This document shows, one piece after another, positions 10,318-21,810 of a DNA stretch of 64,000 nt. A program made the position numbers and the translations under genes. This DNA is from Octopus sinensis (Eukaryota). Each line of letters begins with the position of its first letter. Position 1 is the first letter of the stretch. The stretch lies in the NCBI RefSeq assembly GCF_006345805.1, contig NC_043019.1, positions 32,425,360-32,489,359 of the forward strand. The letters are read 5' to 3'. The notes under the pieces were generated by a model. The model saw nothing but the letters and a program-made list of their open reading frames with translations. It was not told the origin of the DNA and did no database searches.

Positions 10318-10328
10318 CATATTGCCAT
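10318..10328 (-). CDS. Putative first coding exon portion (ATG GCA ATA TG|gtatgc) of the unidentified gene
   Basis: Good Kozak context (AAGATGG). The phase-2 donor joins the 16-nt micro-exon to give MAICQTQGK. A second donor (|gtaaga) lies 9 nt further downstream. Confidence 0.35.
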
Positions 10329-10402
10329 CTTCTGAAGTATTTATTTAGCTTCAGCAGTCTTTACGTAGGAGATTTTTAATCGGAAAAAAAATAATAAAGT
10401 AC

Positions 10403-10537
10403 GTAAACAAACCATCGTTTAAAGTAATTCCTGTATTTAGTATTTTGAGCAACAAATAGCAGTCTTCAGGACATTAATTTGAGAAAAGTGCGGTCAATGT
10501 TTTTTTCTCTTCGAGCCGCATTTGGCGAAACCACGTG
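10403..10537. promoter_or_regulatory. Candidate promoter: forkhead-like GTAAACAA, E2F-like TTTGGCGAAA, E-box CACGTG
   Basis: Motifs at 10403-10410, 10521-10530 and 10532-10537 in CpG-containing unique sequence upstream of the putative first exon. Confidence 0.35.
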
Positions 10538-10787
10538 TTGAGTGGAATTTGATATTTGAACGTTGGAAAATTTTGCCTCAGACTGTGCACAGGTGAATCA
10601 GATTAGAAATATACTTTTTAAATATAGTATACTGGACGTAATAAATGATATATTTAAACTAGAGAACGCTTTACTTTTAGTTACTTCGATCTATTTAGAG
10701 GTCTTCAAACTTTTTTCGGGAGTTTTAATCTTTATCCATCCGAATGCGCCATCTTGAAAATGAATGTGTGGGTGTATGTGTGTATAA

Positions 10788-11400
10788 GGATCGTTTCGGT
10801 TTGAACGGCAGTTTTTTTCTAGCGGTATCATATGATGAAATTGTCACCCATAATTATGACCCTAGTATCGATCTATTGCATTTCAATCTGTTTTAGGGTT
10901 AGGGGTGGGGATGGGTATCTTTATTTCTTCAGAAATGTAAATAAACCCAATCTGTGGGTCTTTTCGGTTTGAACAGCAGTTTTTAACATAATTTCCAGCT
11001 AACTAAAAAATTTTAAACTTCGTATACTGGTAGAATGTGTTTATAAAACATCATTTTCTCTTGGCTTTCTTGAGAAAATTCTATAGTTTGTAACATATTT
11101 CATCTTTAATTTCTTGCATTTCGGCAATTTTAACCAATCAATGACCGTCCATTGAGGTGAAAGCATTCTGTGCCGTATGAATATGTCCCTCCTTTAAGAA
11201 AGAGATTGGGTTTATTTACATTTGTGAAGAAAAAAGATACCCCTACCCCTAACCGTAACTAACCCTAAATCTAAAATAGATAGAAATGCAATAGATCGAT
11301 ACTAGGATCATAATTATGGGTGACAATTTCATATGACACCGCTAGAGTTATTTCTTCACAAATGTAAATAAACCCAATCTGTTTCTTAAAGGAGGGACAT
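10788..11400. mobile_element. Rearranged/nested copies of the 7438-7846 MITE family in opposite orientations
   Basis: Forward copy from GGATCGTTTCGGTTTGAACGGCAG (10788); an inverted copy runs from ~10956 to 11346; the forward copy then resumes with ~30 bp duplicated. Confidence 0.75.
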
Positions 11401-11423
11401 ATTTATACTCTTCCATTTCACTA

Positions 11424-11425
11424 TT

Positions 11426-11458
<33 letters not shown>

Positions 11459-11586
11459 ATACTTCTTTCAGTCATTTGCATGCGGCCATGCTGGAGGACC
11501 GCCTTAAAGGGTTTTAGTTGAAGATAATAATCTCACAATCATGATTACAACACTCTAACCACTAGCCCATGCATCTTCGCAATATT

Positions 11587-11619
<33 letters not shown>

Positions 11620-11743
11620 ATACTTCTTTCAGTCATTTGCATGCGGCCATGCTGGAGGACCGCCTTAAAGGGTTTTAGTTGAAGATAATAATCTCACAAT
11701 CATGATTACAACACTCTAACCACTAGCCCATGCATCTTCGCAA

Positions 11744-11750
<7 letters not shown>
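11424..11750. repeat. Exact 161-bp tandem duplication (microsatellite plus SINE fragments)
   Basis: ACTTCTTTCAGTCATTTGCATGCGG... starts at both 11461 and 11622. Confidence 0.9.
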
Positions 11751-11786
<36 letters not shown>

Positions 11787-11925
11787 TATAATATCAAATA
11801 TTACATACATATATATCATATAATATTATGTATCATATATATATGTATATAAATGAAGATCTTATCCTTCTTTTTACTGCTTGTCTTTGTACGAAATGAG
11901 AAGATGCATTGCGGAACTGCTATTT

Positions 11926-12031
11926 GTCACCTGATGAGACACTTCTGCACCACCGGATGCTCCTGAACCAGTTGTTAAGTGTCCCACCCATGAGGGATCA
12001 ATGCTAGATGTGTTGAAACAATTGTTGTGAT
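11926..12031 (+). ncRNA. Type I hammerhead ribozyme motif with a large stem II insert, in a TA-flanked element (~11850-12080)
   Basis: GUCAC-CUGAUGA-GACAC-[~65 nt]-GUGUU-GAAA-CAAUUG-UU-GUGAU; palindromic loop/stem III (ACAAUUGU). Confidence 0.65.
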
Positions 12032-12368
12032 TAATAATAATAAATTCTCAAGTATTCCATCTTCTGTCTTTCATTTACTATAGATATATATATATATATA
12101 TTATATATATATATATAGTAAGAGTATTCATATATACAAAGAGTAAATGAGAGTAAACAAGGAAATGCCACTTGTATTTGAACACTATACAAATATTCTT
12201 TTAAAAAAACTTTTCTTTTAATTTTTCTAAACTTAATTGTTTAATTGTTACAGTTGAAAAAGTCTCAATGACTGAAACCAGTTACTGAAATGTTTTTTAT
12301 AAAATCAATTTAGCATTTTCTAGCTTGACTTTTTTTTCCATACATGTATATATGTATATATATATATG

Positions 12369-12414
<46 letters not shown>

Positions 12415-12562
12415 ATATATATTACGGAGATGTACTTGCATAGCGAGTGACTTGATCTGAGATTGCGTGCTGGAACGAAAACAATTGCAGCATGGAAGGT
12501 GTTTGTAAGCCATTTAAGAAACATGCAAAAACCGTTAGATTCACTTCAAAATTTTTATTTAA

Positions 12563-12613
12563 TTTGTCAAAATATTTTCGTTGCTTTGAGACCGCGACCT
12601 GTTCACTGACAAA
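12563..12613 (-). ncRNA. Hammerhead-like motif with G3-C8 core variant (copy 1)
   Basis: UUUGUCA-GUGAACA-G-GUCGC-GGUCUCAAA-GCAAC-GAAA-AUAU-UU-UGACAAA: 7-bp stem I, palindromic AAUAUU. Confidence 0.6.
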
Positions 12614-12669
12614 ACTTCGTGCTGCATCTATCTATTTATCTATCTATCTATCTATCTATCTATATATAT

Positions 12670-12716
<47 letters not shown>

Positions 12717-12854
12717 CGGAGATGTACTTGCATAGCGAGTGACTTGATCTGAGATTGCGTGCTGGAACGAAAACAATTGCAGCATGGAAGGTGTTTGTAA
12801 GCCATTTAAGAAACATGCAAAAACCGTTAGATTCACTTCAAAATTTTTATTTAA

Positions 12855-12905
12855 TTTGTCAAAATATTTTCGTTGCTTTGAGACCGCGACCTGTTCACTG
12901 ACAAA
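12855..12905 (-). ncRNA. Hammerhead-like motif with G3-C8 core variant (copy 2)
   Basis: Identical to 12563-12613. Confidence 0.6.
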
Positions 12906-13297
12906 ACTTCGTGCTGCATCTATCTATTTATCTATCTATCTATCTATCTATCTATATATATATATATATATATATATGTATGGATGTATGTATGTATATG
13001 TATGAAATTTGACTGGTGACGGCTGCTGCTGTTATCTTGTGGCATGTCTGCTTATTCCAGTATTACAGTCCAGTTGGAGATGCTGTCATTGTTGCATTGA
13101 TGTTGGATTTACTCTCTCTTCCTTTCTTTCAACTATCTTTTACTGCCCCTGATTGCTAACCAAATATAAACACTTCACTCTGATGTAAATTTTTTATCAT
13201 TTGTTATTCTGTTTAAAATTTCTGGTTGGAAATTTCTCACATGTAACATATAAAACTTTGAAATTCCTATTAGCAAATAATAATAGAATTTTTGTCA

Positions 13298-13652
13298 GGT
13301 CGAGTAGCCCATCCTGCTCAAAAGAACCCTGAATAAGGGTTGTTTAAGGATGTTCAATGAAATACCTGTTTCCAAAGGTGAATTATCCAAATCCCAAAGA
13401 ATTCCTCTCAACACATGGCTATGATGCTCCCCCACGACTTCTGCTCATGATCAGAGATGTACATATCATCAGCCACTAAGAGACATGCTCAACTGGTTAA
13501 GGTCAAGCAACTGACAAGCAAATCTGTGGTATTGAGCAGAATATTTGCTGTAGCCCATCTTTTATACCAAGTCAAAACAATGTACATGATAACACTTTCA
13601 ATTGGTTCAGATCAGAAGGCATGAGAGCCAGTGCTTGGCATCGCATCAGGGC
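13298..13652 (+). mobile_element. Dispersed non-coding repeat abutting (TAA/ATT)n; inverted second copy at 43062-43397
   Basis: GGTCGAGTAGCCCATCC...GAATAAGGGTTGTTTAAGGATGT...GACAAGCAAATCTG is shared with the reverse complement at 43062-43295. Both copies border ATT/TAA tracts. Confidence 0.75.
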
Positions 13653-14103
13653 ATATTATTATTATTATTATTATTATTTTTTTTTTTTTTACCTGAAATT
13701 CTTTGTAATTATATAAATTCCATTACTGAAAGAAGACATAGGAGAAACTGTAAATAAATTTATTTTATTTAAAGAATAAAAAAGACAACAGATATAAAAA
13801 GAAAATCACAAGAAACAATTTGTTGCATTTTGTAAATATTTTTTTTTTAATCGATTTTTATTTTTATTTTATTTCTTCTAGAAATGAAATATACACACAA
13901 TAAATATAACAAACAACATAACTGTCCTTTCTCCCCTCCACTTCCATCCATCCATCCATCGCGCATCCCATCCCAACCCATCGCTATCCCACCCATCTGC
14001 AAGAAACCATTTCTTTCTTAATTGGATTCTTTCTTATTGACAAAGCCTTCAATTTAAAATTCATTCTATTATCATAACAGTAACAATTATGATGATGATG
14101 ATG

Positions 14104-14134
<31 letters not shown>

Positions 14135-14220
14135 CAACAACAGTAATAATAACAAAATTATTTATAGTAATGATTTCTGACTAAATTTAATATTGATATC
14201 TAAAAATAATAATAATAATG

Positions 14221-14263
<43 letters not shown>

Positions 14264-14278
14264 TAATAATAATGATGC

Positions 14279-14320
<42 letters not shown>

Positions 14321-14702
14321 AAAGAAGAAGAAAGTTAATAGTAGAATTTTATATTAAAGTTTTCAGTAGCTGCCCTCCTCTCACTTGCTAAAAGAACACA
14401 CATATACACACACAAAATAAGAAATTCTGTGTGTGTGTGTATGTGTGTGTGTGTGTGTGTGTGTTTCTTATTTCGTTTACCGTTTTGCAATTTTTCAAAA
14501 ATAATTTTTGAATTGAATATCTTCATAATTTAATACAAAATTATGTTACAATGTGTTGTATTGTAATTTGATATTTTATAATACAATAATAATAATAGTA
14601 ATAATAATAATAATAATAAAAACTTGGCACTTCAATAGCTACCTCGAAGAAACAAACAAAACAACAACAACAACAATAATGATAATAATAATAATAATGT
14701 TA

Positions 14703-14738
<36 letters not shown>

Positions 14739-14847
14739 TAATAATAATGATAACTCTTGTAAAAACAACAACAAAATATAATCAAAATAAAACCAACCAA
14801 CAACTAAATATGAATTACTAAATGTATTCTTGACAATTTTTGTGGCT

Positions 14848-15558
14848 TTAACTCTCTGGCATTTGAGCTGCAGAAATCTGGCTCAGATATTCTACCAGTT
14901 TTATGTTCAAACTGGTCAGATCCAGCCTCTCACACTTTCCCTGCAATGTCATTTTAAAAATAAACAATCACATCATTGCAATATCGAAGTTATGAGATAG
15001 ATAATGCCTGATTAATTCAAAACAATGTGAATAAATAGGTATAGCCTGCTCAGATATTCTACCTGTTTTATGTTCAAACTGGTAAGATCCAGCCTCTCAC
15101 ACCTTCCCTGCAATGTCATTCTAAAAATAAACAACCTCATCATTGCAATATCGAAGTTATGAGATAGATAATGCCTGATTAATTCAAAACAATGTGAATA
15201 AATAGGCATAGCCTGCTTTAATATTCTACCAGTTTTATGTTCAAACTGGCCAGATCCAGCCTCTCACACCTTCCCTGCAATGTCATTCTAAAAACAAACA
15301 ATCACATCATTGCAATATCGAAGTTATGAGATAGATAATGCCTAATTAATTCAAATAATGTGAATAAATAGGTATAGCCTGCTCAGATATTCTACCTGTT
15401 TTATGTTCAAACTGGCCAGATCCAGCCTCTCACACCTTCCCTGCAATGTCATTCTAAAAACAAACAATCATTGCAATCTCAAATGCAGGATTAATTAAAA
15501 ATAATATCAATGAGTAAGCATTATGTTTGACAGTGTAATTTGAATGCTGAAAGGTTAA
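14848..15558. mobile_element. piggyBac-like MITE whose interior is amplified into ~3.6 tandem 167-bp units
   Basis: TTAA...AGGTTAA ends; units start at 14881, 15048, 15215 and 15381; homologous to the single-unit MITEs at 22037 and 26212. Confidence 0.85.
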
Positions 15559-15589
15559 AGGTGATTAATATCGTGTTTTGTAGTAATTT

Positions 15590-16345
15590 CACTATCCTGG
15601 GAATTGAACAGATAAAATTTACTGCATCATGGCTTGCATATCAATCAAAAAATTTCGACCATCTCAGGGATTGAACTTGTAAAGCTCATGAATTATTTCT
15701 TATGTTTTAATAATAGAATTTGACTATCCTTGGAATTGAACTTGTAAACTTAAGGCATCATATCTTTTGTTTTACTCAGCAAAATTCATTATTTGGGAGA
15801 TAAATCTTAAAAGCTTGATGCAGTATATTTTGTGTTTTAATAACAACATTTGACTGTCCAGGGTATTGAACTTGTAAACCCGATGTTTACGTCTATACTG
15901 GGTACTGAACTTGTAAACTTAATCCATCAACTTGGTTTTTTTTTTCTCACAAAATTTCATTATCCTTGGAACTGAACACATAAACCTTAATGCACTCTGT
16001 TTTAATTGCTTTCCTAGGTATTGAACTCATAAACTTCTGTCATGTCTTATGTTTCTGTCACAGACTTTCGGTGCTCTTGGAATTTAATTGATAAAGCTGA
16101 TGCACCATGTCTTGCAGTTTAATCACAGGAATTCACACTAACCTGGGAACTGAACTCATAAATTTGAATGTATCATGTTTTAATTATTTTTCCTGGGGAT
16201 TGAACCAGTAAATTTGTGGCATAATGTCTTTATGTTTCAATTACAAAATTTCATTACCTTACTCTTTAAACAAACAAACAAACAAACTGTTATGCATTTT
16301 AATATTCACAGGAATCTACTACTCTGGGGATTGAACCAAGAACCT
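15590..16345. repeat. Old degenerate tandem repeat (~40-65 bp, about 12 units) with core CCTGGGAATTGAAC
   Basis: Core variants at ~15596, 15663, 15728, 15858, 15898, 15964, 16012, 16142, 16192 and 16324. Confidence 0.75.
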
Positions 16346-16882
16346 ATATCCATCCAATTTTTCACTACCTTTCCCTCACTGGAGTTGTGGCCATGCTGAG
16401 CACTACAATTTAAAGAAAAGTTATTGACATCAGTGCAGTACTTATTGTTATTGACCTTAGAAGGTTACAAGGTTAAGTGCACCTGGGTGGGATTTGAACT
16501 CAGAATGTAAAGGGACGTAACCAAGTACAAGGTATGTAGTTTGATGCTCCACCGGTTCTATCATAGCAAGGACAGATTTGTTGTTTTTTTTCCTTTTTGT
16601 TTTCTAAATTGTGAACATTGAACAAGTGTAATTTCCATTAATTAAAACAGTTATCATAATTTCAAATCATACCCCTTGTCATCTCTGTGTGTGAGTGTGT
16701 ATAAATATATATATGTGTGTTTGTATATGTATATATATATACTTGTATATATGTATCATACATATATACATATATATATATACATATGCATGTTTGAGCT
16801 GTATGTTTATGTTGTTATGTAAATAAAAACATGTGTATGTATCAATATATATACATTTGTGTGTATGTGTGTGTATCTGTGT

Positions 16883-16949
<67 letters not shown>

Positions 16950-16953
16950 ATAT

Positions 16954-17006
<53 letters not shown>

Positions 17007-17018
17007 ATATATATATAC

Positions 17019-17049
<31 letters not shown>

Positions 17050-17811
17050 TACATATATGTGTGTGTGTGTTTATTTGTGGCTATATGTATATATAAATAT
17101 ATATGTATGCATATATATATATACAAATATATGTCTATATGTACATATATATATATAGTGCATTTGTATGTCAATATGTGTATATATGGATGTGTGTGTG
17201 TATATGCATGCCAATACATACATACATACATATATATATATATATACACACACATTTGAAGATATATGTACGAGTACATACACACACACACACACACACA
17301 TGCACACACACTGCACACAAGCATATCGAAATGCATTTGTCCCTTTGTGTATCTTGCGTATTTCTGCATGATGTACATATCTGTGCCTGCATGGTTTTTA
17401 TACGCGGAGCTTTAAGTGAACCATAAATGTAGTCAAAACAATCAGGAAAGATCCGAATTTCCTTTTTCCCCCGACTAATATATATATATATACTTCTCTT
17501 CAACAGCCAAGACTTAAACATAATACACGCACGCACACACACACATACATACATATAGACACACGCACATGCAGATTTGTGCACAAACACCCACATATGC
17601 TCACATACCATATATTCATTCCAGTGAAAGAAATTTTATAGTTTTTTTTTTTTTTTGCTTTTCCGAAATTTAATTTTTGTGTGTAACACAATTAGGCATA
17701 ACAATTCTGTAAATGGATTTGAAAAAAAAAAAACAAAAATCAAAACAATTGCCCCGCATTCCCCTCTTTTATATTTTCCATGAAATTATTTCTGTTTTCC
17801 CATATATCATC

Positions 17812-17871
<60 letters not shown>

Positions 17872-17958
17872 CATATATATATAACGATATGTATATATAT
17901 ATATATACATATGTATATAATGATATATATATATATATATATACATATATATATAATG

Positions 17959-18000
<42 letters not shown>

Positions 18001-18057
18001 AACACAAATGTATATATGTATATGTTTGTATGTATATATATATATACATATATATAC

Positions 18058-18088
<31 letters not shown>

Positions 18089-18474
18089 ATATATATATAT
18101 ATATATAATGATATGTATATATATACACACACACAAACACATATGTATGTATATATGTATATGTTCGTGTGTATATATATATATGTCTGTGTGTGTGTAT
18201 ATATGTATATCTGTGTATATATATCTATGTGTATATATATACATGTGTATATACATATATGTATATATTGATTTATATATATATGTACATATACAGACAA
18301 ACACATAGCTATATATACATACATGCATATATATATATATATATATATATATAAGTATACTCACATACACACACATATGTATATCCATTCAGTCCATCCG
18401 TTAGATTCAATTGATCTTTCATCAAATTAGCTGCAGTTAATTTGTTGCAGGAGTGGTTTTGGTTTTTTTGCAAT

Positions 18475-18668
18475 TACTATATTTTCCGGCATACAAGTCG
18501 ACACAGGTATACAGTGTAAAACAGGTAGCGTAAACATTCAAACATCGTCGCTATCTTTCCAAATTCTTCTGCATTTCTCATGTAATTTTCGGTCCTTCAA
18601 AGTCGTTTTGGTCTTTAAACTGACACCTACCCATTTTGGCTGAAAACTTGTATGCTAGAAAATATGTA
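18475..18668. mobile_element. Tc2/pogo-like MITE (TA-flanked); relatives at 19426-19618 and 43493-43703
   Basis: Termini TACT(A/G)TATTTTCC(G/A)GCATA(C/T)AAG ... CTTGTATGCT(A/G)GAAAATATG(G)TA in three copies with a shared interior. Confidence 0.7.
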
Positions 18669-18689
18669 TGTATATATATATATTTACAC

Positions 18690-18840
18690 CGGAGTAAACA
18701 CGTAAATGTGAAACAAGGTGGAAAAAAGAGTACTCAAATACCAGTGGTAGAGTAATATGCTTTATTTAAAGCAGCATAAAATTCAACGGGAAACTCAGAG
18801 TAACAGGTTTTGTTGAATTTTCTGCTGCTTTAAATAAAGT
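18690..18840. mobile_element. Penelope-like short element with an internal inversion; family also at 27765-27980, 40139-40225 and 61478-61852
   Basis: CTTTATTTAAAGCAGCATAAAATTCAAC ... GTTGAATTTTCTGCTGCTTTAAATAAAG form inverted arms around a half-hammerhead, GAAACTCAGAGTAACAG. Confidence 0.7.
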
Positions 18841-18947
18841 ATATATATATCTATACAGACACAGACACATACATATATATACATAAATGTTTATGTATGT
18901 ATGTATGTATGTATATATATATACACACACATATATGTATATGTATG

Positions 18948-18982
<35 letters not shown>

Positions 18983-19017
18983 TAAATATATATATTATAT
19001 ATATATATATATATAAT

Positions 19018-19050
<33 letters not shown>

Positions 19051-19260
19051 AATATATATATCTATGTGTGTGTGTATATGTATATATATATATATATATA
19101 TTGATAAAAATGGTAAGACAACAAAACAATGAAAGAGACCTCGATGTTATGCAAATGGAGGAACTTATCTGTAAATGTAATATGTGACAATTATTTGGGA
19201 GCCATGAGAAAACTCTGAGTTTTATCCAGGTCATTTTCATATCATTTTTTCCGATGGCCG

Positions 19261-19321
19261 GATATCTGAAGAGATGGCACCGTGGATTTCCACCCCGGCA
19301 TCTGAAACTCGGAGTTTTATC
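19261..19321 (+). ncRNA. Type I hammerhead-like motif in a TA-flanked element (19100-19360) with ~53-bp inverted arms
   Basis: GAUAU-CUGAAGA-GAUG-[22 nt]-CAUC-U-GAAA-CUCGGAG-UU-UUAUC; arms at ~19170-19223 and ~19305-19357. Confidence 0.55.
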
Positions 19322-20908
19322 ATGGCTACTGAACAATTGTCACATATTACATTTACACGTATATACATATGTATATATGTACACACACATCATCATCATC
19401 GTCATATACACATACATGTTTTATATACTGTATTTTCTGGCATACAAACCAGCATAGTATATAAACATACCATGTAAACACATCATCTTTCCAAATCCTG
19501 TTGCGTTTGTCATAGAATTTTTGGTCTTTCAAAGTCACGTTGAGATATGTCGATCTACCATTTTTTTAGTGGAAATTTTCGTGTGAAAATTTTGACTTGT
19601 ATGCTGGAAAATATGGTATTTATTCTCAAGAAACAGCTTCCTGTTGTGTTGTTGTTGTTGTTGTTGTTGTTATAGTTTATTGGTTGTTTTTTTTTTTTTC
19701 TTTTTTGTTAATATATTATTTTATTTTTTCATACCAGACTTGTTTTGCACTTTAGAACAACATCGTTAATATTTCTATTTAAGAAAAGAGAAATTGTGCT
19801 TGCATTTTTTTTTTTTACATATTTGTTGTTTTTTTTTGTTGTTGTTGTTTGGCTTTTGTTTTTTTTCTCCTTGACAATTGCGTTAGCTCAGGAGCTTTAA
19901 CTAAAGCCAAACCTATCAAAGAATAATGGTTGGTTCTCCAATCTGGATTGATACACCAAAGAATTGAAAGTTATAGAGGTTGAAAGGAGTTTGTCATAAC
20001 AGTCACAAGAAATATTCTGCATTATTTAAAGAATCTATTGTATAATACATTTATATATATATATACACATATATATACATACATATATACATACATATAT
20101 ATCTGAATGGAAACACATTTTTTACCATTTGTTGCTGCTGCTTGTTCTTTGAAAGGATGTCGGTGAAGGAAATGAAAATTTGTACAATCACATATATATA
20201 TATATATTGATGTTTATACATTCATATGTATATACACATACATATATATAATATATAAGTGTATATGTACATATATATATATATACATTTATATATACAC
20301 ATGTATACATACACACGTATGTATATACACATTGATGTATACATGTGTGTATATATTATATATGTTATGTATGTATGTATACGCTTATAATCAATGGGTT
20401 GCATGTGAAGTGCAAGCTGAATCATTAATCTAGACAACAGTATTAATTAAACAGGTTAATTGATAAAACAAATTTGCAACAGAGTATGTGTATATACATA
20501 TATTTTTACATACATACATATATATATATACACATACATATATACATATATATATACAAATACACAGATATATATGTGTGTGTATGCACATACCTGTACA
20601 TATATTGATATGTGTATATGTATGTATATGTATGTGTATATGCACATATATATATATATGTATATCGTCATACATATATCTATATATATATATATTTATA
20701 TATACACATTCTATCCATCTTGAAGTGTGTAATTGTGGAGGTGTGGTTAGGAGACTGAGTAGGAAGCTGGTTGAAAGATAAACAAGAGCTAGGAGTGAAG
20801 AACAATTACTATAGTAACAAGGAAGGAAGGAAGGAAGGAAGGAAGGTTAAGTGCTTGGTTGGCCGTGGTGGTGGTGGTGGTGGTAGTTGTTGGAACAGTA
20901 TATGCTGA

Positions 20909-21089
20909 TCACGCACCCATCATCTTCTTGACTGTGTAACCAGGCATGGAATAGAAAAATAGAGCCAACACTAAAACAAGCAGGATAAAGATGATAATCT
21001 TCAAGATCATCCATTTGTAGTTGTGCCATAGAATGTACCGGATTGATTTCAGTGGGTTGAGAAACCAAATAAATGATGAATCTGGCCGG
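20909..21089 (-). CDS. OTOF: Otoferlin-like ferlin, last coding exon (C-terminal transmembrane anchor)
   Basis: ttcattttccag|C CGG CCA GAT... gives (N)[59 protein letters not shown], closely matching the vertebrate otoferlin C-terminus. 181 nt; phase fits the previous exon. Confidence 0.95.
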
Positions 21090-21289
21090 CTGGAAAATGA
21101 AGAAAGAGAAAGATTAAAGTGTTGAAAGATTTTGGACAAAGAAGATTTAAAAGGAAAAGGGTTACGAATGGAAGAGCATTGAGAGACAACCAGATGTTGT
21201 CCCCTAGCCTATAAGAACAGACCAATCACAGACTTCTGTCAGACACACTTGTATAAGGTATCAGAAACCATTTTGTGACAGATTGCAAC

Positions 21290-21580
21290 AACAAGGGTTC
21301 CAGTTGGTTTGATCAATCGAATAGCCCTGCTCATGAAATTACCCAGTGAGTGGCTGAGCCTCCACACACATGTATGCCTTAACATAGTTCTCGGGGAGAT
21401 TTAGTGTGAATGTGGCAAGGCCGGCCCTTTGAAATATAGTAGGTACTCATTTTTGGCTGCTGAATTGACTGGAGCAGTGTGAAATAAAGTGCCTTGCTGA
21501 AGGACATAATGCACCACTGAGTATTGAACTGACAACCTAACAATTGTGAACTGAATACACCTAACCACTGAGCCATGTGC
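21290..21580 (-). mobile_element. tRNA-derived SINE
   Basis: Minus-strand head GGCACATGGCTCAGTGGTTAG...; its 3' portion (GGTTCCAGTTG...CCCTTTGAAATA) is shared with 44660-44810. Confidence 0.7.
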
Positions 21581-21810
21581 CTTTACTAATGACCATGTCA
21601 TAGATATACCACCACAGTCTATAGGAGGTACCCTTCGTCAGGTTTTAGTGGAATAAAGTATTGGTGACCTGGTCATAGATGTTCATCTGTCAGAGTGATG
21701 AGGAACATCTAGTCATCTTTTAGGATGACTGATGACTTGTGTGGTGATTTTTGTATAAATAACAGAAGAGCTGTGCACCACCATTCATACTCTCTTGTCT
21801 GTGACAACCA

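Larger units (their letters stand above)
12421..12920 (-). mobile_element. Two tandem copies (292-bp period) of a ~205-bp element flanked by TA/ATCT microsatellites
   Basis: Identical unique segments start at ~12421 and ~12713. Confidence 0.85.

Noticed and set aside
12251-12287. Hammerhead-like CAG-UUGAAAA-AGUC-UCAAU-GACU-GAAA-CCAG-UU-ACUG as a U3-A8 variant
   Set aside because: The register is ambiguous: if stem I is CAGU/ACUG the core is one base short. It is more simply a decayed copy and is not claimed as a covariant ribozyme.
14881-16345. Regularly spaced repeats as a CRISPR array
   Set aside because: Eukaryotic context; the units are whole tandem repeats or degenerate, with no unique spacers or cas genes.
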